A stretch of DNA of 64,000 nt from Eledone cirrhosa (Eukaryota), in NCBI GenBank assembly GCA_964016885.1, contig OZ024742.1, positions 227,044,001-227,108,000 on the forward strand. Reading direction: 5' to 3'. Positions 50,901 through 64,000 of this stretch are shown one piece after another (positions within the stretch are counted from its first letter, which is position 1; each line of letters begins with the position of its first letter). The position numbers and the translations under genes were made by a program. The notes below the pieces were generated by a model that ran no database searches, was not told where the DNA came from, and saw nothing but the letters and a program-made list of their open reading frames with translations.

Positions 50901-53900
50901 ACCACAGTCTAAATACCACTGCCACCCAACCACAGTATACCTACCACTGCCACCCAACCACAGTCTACCTACCACTGCCACCCAACCACAGTCTACCTAC
51001 CACTGCCACCCAACCACAGTCTACCTACCACTGCCACCCAACCACAGTCTACCTACCACTGCCACCCAACCACAGTATACCTACCACTGCCACCCAACCA
51101 CAGTCTACCTACCACTGCCACCCAAAAGCAGTCTACCTACCACTGCCACCCAACCACTGTCTATCAGCCACAGTCTACCTACCACTGCCACCCAACCGCA
51201 CTCTACCTACCACTGCCACCCAACCACAGTCTACCTACCACTGCCACCCAAAAGCAGTCTACCTACCACAGCCACCCAACCGCAGTCTACCTACCACTGC
51301 CACCCAACCACTGTCTATCAGCCACAGTCTACCTACCACTGCCACCCAACCGCAGTCTACCTACCACTGCCACCCAACCGCAGTCTACCTACCACTGCCA
51401 CCCAACCACAGTCTACCTACCACTGCCACCCAATCACTGTCTACCTACCACTGCCACCCAACCACAGTCTACCTACCGCTGCCTCCCAACCATAGTCTAC
51501 CTACCACTGCCACCCAACCACAGTCTACCTACCACTGCCACCCAATCACTGTCTACCTACCACTGCCACCCAGCCACAGTCTACCTACCATGCCACCCAA
51601 TCACTGTCTACCTACCACTGCCACCCAATCACTGTCTACCTACAACTGCCACCCAACCACAGTCTACCTACCACTGCCACCCAACCAGTCTACCTACCAC
51701 TGCCACCCAACCACAGTCTACCTACCACTGCCACCCAACCACAGTCTACCTACCACTGCCTCCCAACCACAGTCTACCTACCACTGCCACCCAACCACAG
51801 TCTACCTACCACTGCCACCCAACCACTGTCTACCTAACACTGCCACCCAAACAGTCTACCTACCATTGCCACCAACCGTAGTCTAGCTACCACTGCCACC
51901 CAACCACAGTCTACCTACCCTGCCACCCAAACACAGTCTACCTACTACTACCACCCAACCACTGTCTATCAGTCACAGTATACCTACCACAGCCACCCAG
52001 CCACAGTCTACCTACCACTGCCACCCAACCGCACTCTAACTACCACTGCCACCCAACCGCACTCTACCTACCACTGCCACCCAAACACAGTCTACCTACC
52101 ACTGCCACCCAACCACAGTCTACCTACCACTGCCACCCAGCCACAGTCTACCTACCACTGCCACCCAACCACAGTCTACCTACCACTTCCACCCAACCAC
52201 AGTCTACCTACCACTGCCACCCAACTACAGTCTACCTACCACTGCCACCCAAAAGCAGTCTACCTACCACTGCCATCCAACCACTGCCACCCAACCACAG
52301 TATACCTACCACTGCCACCCAACCACAGTCTACCTACCACTGCCACCCCAAAGCAGTCTACCTACCACTGCCACCCAACCGCACTCTACCTACCACTGCC
52401 ACCCAACCACAGTCTACCTACCACTGCCACCAACCGCAGTCTACCTACCACTGCCACCCAGCCACAGTCTACCTACCACTGCCATCCAACCACAGTCTAC
52501 CTACCACTGCCACCCAACCACAGTCTACCTACCACTGCCACCCAACCACAGTCTACCTACCACTGCCACCCCAAAGCAGTCTACCTACCACTGCCACCCA
52601 ACCGCACTCTACCTACCACTGCCACCCAACCACAGTCTACCTACCACTGCCACCCAACAGCAGTCTACCTACCACTGCCACCCAACCGCAGTCTACCTAC
52701 CACTGCCACCCAACCACAATCTACCTACCACTGCCACCCAACCACAGTCTACCTACCACTGCCACCCAACCACAGTCTAAATACCACTGCCACCCAACCA
52801 CAGTATACCTACCACTGCCACCCAACCACAGTCTACCTACCACTTCCACCCAACCACAGTCTACCTACCACTGCCACCCAACCACAGTCTAAATACCACT
52901 GCCACCCAGCCACAGTCTACCTACCACTGCCACCCAACCACAGTCTACCTACCACTTCCACCCAACCACAGTCTACCTACCACTGCCACCCAACTACAGT
53001 CTACCTACCACTGCCACCCAACGACAGTTTACCTACCACTTCCACCCAACCACAGTCTACCTACCACTGCCACCCAACTACAGTCTACCTACCACTGCCA
53101 CCCAAAAGCAGTCTACCTACCACTGCCATCCAACCACTGCCACCCAACCACAGTATACCTACCACTGCCACCCAACCACAGTCTACCTACCACTGCCACC
53201 CCAAAGCAGTCTACCTACCACTGCCACCCAACCGCACTCTACCTACCACTGCCACCCAACCACAGTCTACCTACCACTGCCACCAACCGCAGTCTACCTA
53301 CCACTGCCACCCAGCCACAGTCTACCTACCACTGCCATCCAACCACAGTCTACCTACCACTGCCACCCAACCACAGTCTACCTACCACTGCCACCCAACC
53401 ACAGTCTACCTACCACTGCCACCCAACCGCACTCTACCTACCACTGCCACCCAACCACAGTCTACCTACCACTGCCACCCAACAGCAGTCTACCTACCAC
53501 TGCCACCCAACCGCACTCTACCTACCACTGCCACCCAACCACAGTCTACCTACCACTGCCACCCAACCGCAGTCTACCTACCACTGCCACCCAACCACAA
53601 TCTACCTACCACTGCCATCCAACCGCACTCTACCTACCACTGCCACCCAACCGCAGTCTACCTACCACTGCCACCCAACTACAGTCTACCTACCACTGCC
53701 ACCCAACCGCACTCTACCTACCACTGCCACCCAACCGCAGTCTACCTACCACTGCCACCCAACCACAGTCTACCTACCACTGCCACCCAACCACAGTCTA
53801 CCTACCACTGCCACCCAACCACAGTCTACCTACCACTGCCACCCAACCGCCGTCTACCTACCACTGCCACCCAACCGCAGTCTACCTACCACTGCCACCC

Positions 53901-56900
53901 AACCGCACCCTACCTACCACTGCCACCCAACCGCACCCTACCTACCACTGCCACCCAACCACAGTCTACCTACCACTGCCACCCAACCGCACCCTACCTA
54001 CCACTGCCACCCAACCACAGTCTACCTACCACTGCCACCCAACCACAGGTTACCTACCACTGCCACCCAACTGCAGTCTACCTACCACTGCCACCCAACC
54101 GCACTCTACCTACCACTGCCACCCAACCGCAGTCTACCTACCACTGCCAGCCAACCACAGTCTACCTACCACTGCCACCCAACCGCACCCTACCTACCAC
54201 TGCCACCCAACCACAGTATACCTACCACTGCCACCCAACCACAGTATACCTACCACTGCCACCCAGCCACAGTCTACCTACCACTGCCACCCAACCACAG
54301 TATACCTACCACTGCCACCCAACCACAGTATACCTACCACTGCCACCCAACCACAGTCTACCTACCACTGCCACCCAACCACTGCCACCCAACCACAGTA
54401 TACCTACCACTGCCACCCAACCGCAGTCTACCTGCCACTGCCACCCAAAAGCAGTCTACCTACTACTGCCACCCAACCGCAGTCTACCTACCACTGCCAC
54501 CCAAAAGCAGTCTACCTACCACTGCCACCCAAAAGCAGTCTACCTACCACTGCCACCCAACCACAGTATACCTACCACTGCCACCCAACCACAGTATACC
54601 TACCACTGCCACCTAACCGCAGTCTACCTACCACTGCCACCCAAAAGCAGTCTACCTACCACTGCCACCCAACTGCAGTCTACCTACCACTGCCACCCAA
54701 AAGCAGTCTACCTACCACTGCCACCCAAAATCAGTCTACCTACCACTGCCACCCAACCGCAGTCTACCTACCACTGCCACCCAACCGCAGTCTACCTACC
54801 ACTGCCACCCAACCGCAGTCTACCTACCACTGCCACCCAACCGCAGTCTACCTACCACTGCCACCCAACCGCAGTCTACCTACCACTGCCACCCAACCAC
54901 AGTCTACCTACCACTGCCACCCAACCACTGCCACCCAACCACAGGTTACCTACCACTGCCACCCAACCGCAGTCTACCTACCACTGCCACCCAACCGCAC
55001 TCTACCTACCACTGCCACCCAACCGCAGTCTACCTACCACTGTCAATCAACCACTGTCTACCTACCACTGCCACCCAATCACTGTCTATCAACCACTGTC
55101 TACCTACCACTGCCACCCAACCACAGTCTACCTACCACTGCCACCCAGCCACAGTCTACCTACCACTGCCACCCAACCTCAGTCTACCTACCACTGCCAC
55201 CCAGCCACAGTCTACCTACCACTGCCACCCATCCACAGTCTACCTACCACTTCCACCCAACCACTGTCTACCTACCACTGCCTCCCAACCACAGTCTACC
55301 TACGACTGCCACCCAACCTCAGTCTACCTACCACTGCCACCCAGCCACAGTCTACCTACCACTGCCACCCATCCACAGTCTACCTACCACTTCCACCCAA
55401 CCACTGTCTACCTACCACTGCCTCCCAACCACAGTCTACCTACCACTGCCACCCAACCACAGTCTACCTACCACTGCCACCCAACCACAGTCTACCTACC
55501 ACTGCCACCCAACCACTGTCTATCAGTCACAGTCTACCTACCACTGCCACCCAAACACAGTCTACCTACCACTGCCACCCAACCACTGTCTACCTACCTC
55601 TGCCACCCAAACAGTCTACCTACCACTGCCACCCAACCGCAGTCTACCTACCACTGCCACCAACCGTAGTCTACCTACCACTGCCACCCAACTACAGTCT
55701 ACCTACCACTGCCACCCAACTACAGTCTACCTACCACTGCCACCCAACCACAGTCTACCTACCACTGCCACCCAACCGCAGTCTACCTACCACTGCCACC
55801 CAAACACAGTCTGTCTACCACTGCCACCCAACCACTGTCTATCAGTCACAGTCTACCTACCACTGCTACCCAAACACAGTCCACCTACCACTACCACCCA
55901 ACCACAGTCTACCTACTACTACCACCCAACCACTGTCTATCAGTCACAGTCTACCTACCACTGCCACCCAAACACAGTCTACCTGCCACTGCCACCCAAC
56001 CACAGTCTACCTACCACTGCCACCCAACCACAGTCTACCTACCACAGCCTCCCAGCCACAGTCTACCTACCACTGCCACCCAACCGCACTCTACCTACCA
56101 CTGCCACCCAAACACAGTCTACCTACCACTGCCACCCAACCACAGTCTACCTACCACTGCCACCCAGCCACAGTCTACCTACCACTGCCACCCAACCACA
56201 GTCTACCTACCACTTCCACCCAACCACAGTCTACCTACCACTGCCACCCAACTACAGTCTACCTACCACTGCCACCCAAAAGCAGTCTACCTACCACTGC
56301 CATCCAACCACTGCCACCCAACCACAGTATACCTACCACTGCCACCCAACCACAGTCTACCTACCACTGCCACCCCAAAGCAGTCTACCTACCACTGCCA
56401 CCCAACCGCACTCTACCTACCACTGCCACCCAACCACAGTCTACCTACCACTGCCACCAACCGCAGTCTACCTACCACTGCCACCCAGCCACAGTCTACC
56501 TACCACTGCCACCCAACCACAGTCTACCTACCACTGCCACCCAACCACAGTCTACCTACCACTGCCACCCAACCACAGTCTACCTACCACTGCCACCCCA
56601 AAGCAGTCTACCTACCACTGCCACCCAACCGCACTCTACCTACCACTGCCACCCCAAAGCAGTCTACCTACCACTGCCACCCAACCGCAGTCTACCTACC
56701 ACTGCCACCCAACCACAGTCTACCTACCACTGCCTCCCAACCACAGTCTACCTACCACTGCCACCCAACCACAGTCTACCTACCACTGCCACCCAATCAC
56801 AGTCTACCTACCACTGCCACCCAACCGCACTCTACCTACCACTGTCTACCCAACCACAGTCTACCTACCACTGCCACCCAACAGCAGTCTACCTACCACT

Positions 56901-59900
56901 GCCACCCAACCGCACTCTACCTACCACTGCCACCCAACCACAGTCTACCTACCACTGCCACCCAACCGCAGTCTACCTACCACTGCCACCCAACCACAAT
57001 CTACCTACCACTGCCATCCAACCGCACTCTACCTACCACTGCCACCCAACCGCAGTCTACCTACCACTGCCACCCAACTACAGTCTACCTACCACTGCCA
57101 CCCAACCGCACTCTACCTACCACTGCCACCCAACCGCAGTCTACCTACCACTGCCACCCAACCACAGTCTACCTACCACTGCCACCCAACCACAGTCTAC
57201 CTACCACTGCCACCCAACCACAGTCTACCTACCACTGCCACCCAACCGCCGTCTACCTACCACTGCCACCCAACCGCAGTCTACCTACCACTGCCACCCA
57301 ACCACAGTCTACCTACCACTGCCACCCAACCGCACCCTACCTACCACTGCCACCCAACCACAGTCTACCTACCACTGCCACCCAACCGCACCCTACCTAC
57401 CACTGCCACCCAACCACAGTCTACCTACCACTGCCACCCAACCACAGGTTACCTACCACTGCCACCCAACTGCAGTCTACCTACCACTGCCACCCAACCG
57501 CACTCTACCTACCACTGCCACCCAACCGCAGTCTACCTACCACTGCCAGCCAACCACAGTCTACCTACCACTGCCACCCAACCGCACCCTACCTACCACT
57601 GCCACCCAACCACAGTATACCTACCACTGCCACCCAACCACAGTATACCTACCACTGCCACCCAGCCACAGTCTACCTACCACTGCCACCCAACCACAGT
57701 ATACCTACCACTGCCACCCAGCCACAGTCTACCTACCACTGCCACCCAAAAGCAGTCTACCTACCACTGCCACCCAACCGCAGTCAACCTACCACTGCCA
57801 TCCAACCGCACTCTACCTACCACTGCCACCCAACCGCAGTCTACCTACCACTGCCACCCAACCACAGTCTACCTACCACTGCCAACCAACCACAGTCTAA
57901 ATACCACTGCCACCCAACCACAGTATACCTACCACTGCCACCCAACCACAGTCTACCTACCACTGCCACCCAACCACAGTCTACCTACCACTGCCACCCA
58001 ACCACAGTCTACCTACCACTGCCACCCAACCACAGTCTACCTACCACTGCCACCCAACCACAGTATACCTACCACTGCCACCCAACCACAGTCTACCTAC
58101 CACTGCCACCCAAAAGCAGTCTACCTACCACTGCCACCCAACCACTGTCTATCAGCCACAGTCTACCTACCACTGCCACCCAACCGCACTCTACCTACCA
58201 CTGCCACCCAACCACAGTCTACCTACCACTGCCACCCAAAAGCAGTCTACCTACCACAGCCACCCAACCGCAGTCTACCTACCACTGCCACCCAACCACT
58301 GTCTATCAGCCACAGTCTACCTACCACTGCCACCCAACCGCAGTCTACCTACCACTGCCACCCAACCGCAGTCTACCTACCACTGCCACCCAACCACAGT
58401 CTACCTACCACTGCCACCCAATCACTGTCTACCTACCACTGCCACCCAACCACAGTCTACCTACCGCTGCCTCCCAACCATAGTCTACCTACCACTGCCA
58501 CCCAACCACAGTCTACCTACCACTGCCACCCAATCACTGTCTACCTACCACTGCCACCCAGCCACAGTCTACCTACCATGCCACCCAATCACTGTCTACC
58601 TACCACTGCCACCCAATCACTGTCTACCTACAACTGCCACCCAACCACAGTCTACCTACCACTGCCACCCAACCAGTCTACCTACCACTGCCACCCAACC
58701 ACAGTCTACCTACCACTGCCACCCAACCACAGTCTACCTACCACTGCCTCCCAACCACAGTCTACCTACCACTGCCACCCAACCACAGTCTACCTACCAC
58801 TGCCACCCAACCACTGTCTACCTAACACTGCCACCCAAACAGTCTACCTACCATTGCCACCAACCGTAGTCTAGCTACCACTGCCACCCAACCACAGTCT
58901 ACCTACCCTGCCACCCAAACACAGTCTACCTACTACTACCACCCAACCACTGTCTATCAGTCACAGTATACCTACCACAGCCACCCAGCCACAGTCTACC
59001 TACCACTGCCACCCAACCGCACTCTAACTACCACTGCCACCCAACCGCACTCTACCTACCACTGCCACCCAAACACAGTCTACCTACCACTGCCACCCAA
59101 CCACAGTCTACCTACCACTGCCACCCAGCCACAGTCTACCTACCACTGCCACCCAACCACAGTCTACCTACCACTTCCACCCAACCACAGTCTACCTACC
59201 ACTGCCACCCAACTACAGTCTACCTACCACTGCCACCCAAAAGCAGTCTACCTACCACTGCCATCCAACCACTGCCACCCAACCACAGTATACCTACCAC
59301 TGCCACCCAACCACAGTCTACCTACCACTGCCACCCCAAAGCAGTCTACCTACCACTGCCACCCAACCGCACTCTACCTACCACTGCCACCCAACCACAG
59401 TCTACCTACCACTGCCACCAACCGCAGTCTACCTACCACTGCCACCCAGCCACAGTCTACCTACCACTGCCATCCAACCACAGTCTACCTACCACTGCCA
59501 CCCAACCACAGTCTACCTACCACTGCCACCCAACCACAGTCTACCTACCACTGCCACCCCAAAGCAGTCTACCTACCACTGCCACCCAACCGCACTCTAC
59601 CTACCACTGCCACCCAACCACAGTCTACCTACCACTGCCACCCAACAGCAGTCTACCTACCACTGCCACCCAACCGCAGTCTACCTACCACTGCCACCCA
59701 ACCACAATCTACCTACCACTGCCACCCAACCACAGTCTACCTACCACTGCCACCCAACCACAGTCTAAATACCACTGCCACCCAACCACAGTATACCTAC
59801 CACTGCCACCCAACCACAGTCTACCTACCACTTCCACCCAACCACAGTCTACCTACCACTGCCACCCAACCACAGTCTAAATACCACTGCCACCCAGCCA

Positions 59901-62900
59901 CAGTCTACCTACCACTGCCACCCAACCACAGTCTACCTACCACTTCCACCCAACCACAGTCTACCTACCACTGCCACCCAACTACAGTCTACCTACCACT
60001 GCCACCCAACGACAGTTTACCTACCACTTCCACCCAACCACAGTCTACCTACCACTGCCACCCAACTACAGTCTACCTACCACTGCCACCCAAAAGCAGT
60101 CTACCTACCACTGCCATCCAACCACTGCCACCCAACCACAGTATACCTACCACTGCCACCCAACCACAGTCTACCTACCACTGCCACCCCAAAGCAGTCT
60201 ACCTACCACTGCCACCCAACCGCACTCTACCTACCACTGCCACCCAACCACAGTCTACCTACCACTGCCACCAACCGCAGTCTACCTACCACTGCCACCC
60301 AGCCACAGTCTACCTACCACTGCCATCCAACCACAGTCTACCTACCACTGCCACCCAACCACAGTCTACCTACCACTGCCACCCAACCACAGTCTACCTA
60401 CCACTGCCACCCAACCGCACTCTACCTACCACTGCCACCCAACCACAGTCTACCTACCACTGCCACCCAACAGCAGTCTACCTACCACTGCCACCCAACC
60501 GCACTCTACCTACCACTGCCACCCAACCACAGTCTACCTACCACTGCCACCCAACCGCAGTCTACCTACCACTGCCACCCAACCACAATCTACCTACCAC
60601 TGCCATCCAACCGCACTCTACCTACCACTGCCACCCAACCGCAGTCTACCTACCACTGCCACCCAACTACAGTCTACCTACCACTGCCACCCAACCGCAC
60701 TCTACCTACCACTGCCACCCAACCGCAGTCTACCTACCACTGCCACCCAACCACAGTCTACCTACCACTGCCACCCAACCACAGTCTACCTACCACTGCC
60801 ACCCAACCACAGTCTACCTACCACTGCCACCCAACCGCCGTCTACCTACCACTGCCACCCAACCGCAGTCTACCTACCACTGCCACCCAACCGCACCCTA
60901 CCTACCACTGCCACCCAACCGCACCCTACCTACCACTGCCACCCAACCACAGTCTACCTACCACTGCCACCCAACCGCACCCTACCTACCACTGCCACCC
61001 AACCACAGTCTACCTACCACTGCCACCCAACCACAGGTTACCTACCACTGCCACCCAACTGCAGTCTACCTACCACTGCCACCCAACCGCACTCTACCTA
61101 CCACTGCCACCCAACCGCAGTCTACCTACCACTGCCAGCCAACCACAGTCTACCTACCACTGCCACCCAACCGCACCCTACCTACCACTGCCACCCAACC
61201 ACAGTATACCTACCACTGCCACCCAACCACAGTATACCTACCACTGCCACCCAGCCACAGTCTACCTACCACTGCCACCCAACCACAGTATACCTACCAC
61301 TGCCACCCAACCACAGTATACCTACCACTGCCACCCAACCACAGTCTACCTACCACTGCCACCCAACCACTGCCACCCAACCACAGTATACCTACCACTG
61401 CCACCCAACCGCAGTCTACCTGCCACTGCCACCCAAAAGCAGTCTACCTACTACTGCCACCCAACCGCAGTCTACCTACCACTGCCACCCAAAAGCAGTC
61501 TACCTACCACTGCCACCCAAAAGCAGTCTACCTACCACTGCCACCCAACCACAGTATACCTACCACTGCCACCCAACCACAGTATACCTACCACTGCCAC
61601 CTAACCGCAGTCTACCTACCACTGCCACCCAAAAGCAGTCTACCTACCACTGCCACCCAACTGCAGTCTACCTACCACTGCCACCCAAAAGCAGTCTACC
61701 TACCACTGCCACCCAAAATCAGTCTACCTACCACTGCCACCCAACCGCAGTCTACCTACCACTGCCACCCAACCGCAGTCTACCTACCACTGCCACCCAA
61801 CCGCAGTCTACCTACCACTGCCACCCAACCGCAGTCTACCTACCACTGCCACCCAACCGCAGTCTACCTACCACTGCCACCCAACCACAGTCTACCTACC
61901 ACTGCCACCCAACCACTGCCACCCAACCACAGGTTACCTACCACTGCCACCCAACCGCAGTCTACCTACCACTGCCACCCAACCGCACTCTACCTACCAC
62001 TGCCACCCAACCGCAGTCTACCTACCACTGCCAGCCAACCACAGTCTACCTACCACTGCCACCCAACCGCACTCTACCTACCACTGCCACCCAACCGCAC
62101 TCTACCTACCACTGCCACCCAACCACTGTCTATCAGCCACAGTCTACCTACCACTGCCACCCAACCGCAGTCTACCTACCACTGCCACCCAACCACAGTC
62201 TACCTACCACTGCCACCCAATCACTGTCTACCTACCACTGCCACCCAACCACAGTCTACCTACCACTGCCTCCCAACCACAGTCTACCTACCACTGCCAC
62301 CCAACCACAGTCTAGCTACCACTGCAACCCATTCACTGTCTACCTACCACTGCCACCCAGCCACAGTCTACCTACCACTGCCACCCAATCACTGTCTACC
62401 TACCACTGCCACCCAATCACTGTCTACCTACAACTGCCACCCAACCACAGTCTACCTACCACTGCCACCCAACCACAGTCTACCTACCACTGCCACCCAA
62501 CCACAGTCTACCTACCACTGCCACCCAACCACGGTCTACCTACCACTGCCTCCCAACCACAGTCTACCTACCACTGCCACCCAACCACAGTCTACCTACC
62601 ACTGCCACCCAACCACTGTCTATCAGTCACAGTCTACCTACCACTGCCACCCAAACACAGTCTACCTACCACTGCCACCCAACCACTGTCTACCTAACAC
62701 TGCCACCCAAACAGTCTACCTACCATTGCCACCAACCGTAGTCTACCTACCACTGCCACCCAACCACAGTCTACCTACCCTGCCACCCAAACACAGTCTA
62801 CCTACTACTACCACCCAACCACTGTCTATCAGTCACAGTCTACCTACCACTGCCACCCAAACACAGTCTACCTACCACTGCCACCCAACCACAGTCTACC

Positions 62901-64000
62901 TACCACTGCCACCCAACCACAGTCTACCTACCACTGCCACCCAGCCACAGTCTAGCTACCACTGCCACCCAACCACAGTCTACCTACCACTGCCACCCAG
63001 CCACAGTCTAGCTACCACTGCCACCCAACCACAGTCTACCTACCACTGCCACCCAACCACAGTCTAGCTACCACTGCCACCCAACCACAGTCTACCTACC
63101 ACTGCCACCCAGCCACAGTCTACCTATCACTGCCACCCAACCACAGTCTACCTACCACTTCCACCCAACCACAGTCTACCTACCACTGCCACCCAACCGC
63201 AGTCTACCTACCACTGCCACCCAACCGCAGTCTACCTACCACTGCCACCCAACCACAGTCTACCTACCACTTCCACCCAACCACAGTCTACCTACCACTG
63301 CCACCCAACCGCAGTCTACCTACCACTGCCACCCAACCACAGTCTACCTACCACTGCCACCCAACCACAGTCTACCTACCACTTCCACCCAACCACAGTC
63401 TACCTACCACTGCCACCCAACCGCAGTCTACCTACCACTGCCACCCAACCACAGTCTACCTACCACTTCCACCCAACCACAGTCTACCTACCACTGCCAC
63501 CCAACCGCAGTCTACCTACCACTGCCACCCAACCACAGTCTACCTACCACTGCCACCCAACCACAGTCTACCTACCACTGCCACCCAACCACAGTCTACC
63601 TACCACTGCCACCCAACCGCAGTCTACCTACCACTGCCACCCAACTACAGTCTACCTACCACTGCCACCCAAAAGCAGTCTACCTACCACTGCCACCCAA
63701 CCACTGCCACCCAACCACAGTCTACCTACCACTGCCACCCAACCACAGTCTACCTACCACTGCCACCCAACCGCAGTCTACCTACCACTGCCACCCAACT
63801 ACAGTCTACCTACCACTGCCACCCAACCGCAGTCTACCTACCACTGCCACCCAAAAGCAGTCTACCTACCACTGCCACCCAAAAGCAGTCTACCTACCAC
63901 TGCCACCCAACCGCAGTCTACCTACCACTGCCACCCAACCACAGGTTACCTACCACTGCCACCCAACTGCAGTCTACCTACCACTGCCACCCAACCGCAC
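47940..64000 (+). repeat. 28-bp satellite array, over 16 kb and running off the window end, presumably in an RSPRY1 intron
   Basis: Consensus CCACAGTCTACCTACCACTGCCACCCAA; the translation repeats every 28 aa (3 units). Confidence 0.97.

Noticed and set aside
47933-51886. 1317-aa Pro/Thr/His-rich ORF (mucin- or extensin-like)
   Set aside because: By-product of a stop-free 28-bp satellite: non-ATG start, period not a multiple of 3, indels tolerated freely.

Overview
Eukaryotic, AT-rich, microsatellite-dense genomic DNA. The RTE/SINE/Penelope repeat mix resembles an octopod cephalopod; this is an inference, not a database match. One host coding exon is recognisable: the first coding exon of an RSPRY1 orthologue (ATG 43423, donor after 43811, + strand). 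The rest is intronic or intergenic. It holds a young 5'-truncated RTE LINE with an intact RT and a PHD-like finger, many other RTE fragments, three tRNA-headed SINE families, Penelope, mariner, piggyBac-MITE and Helitron remnants, and a 48-bp array grown out of an RTE 3'UTR. A >16 kb 28-bp satellite containing a 6,988-bp tandem duplication fills the end of the window. The most interesting hidden layer is about a dozen sequence-unrelated minimal type I hammerhead ribozyme motifs, found by eye. They sit in short non-coding elements among (TA)n tracts, are often folded back as inverted repeats and are usually followed by a GAGTGC motif, which suggests non-autonomous Penelope-derived or retrozyme-like elements. 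Most ORFs in the supplied track are microsatellite artefacts. Repeat boundaries are approximate.
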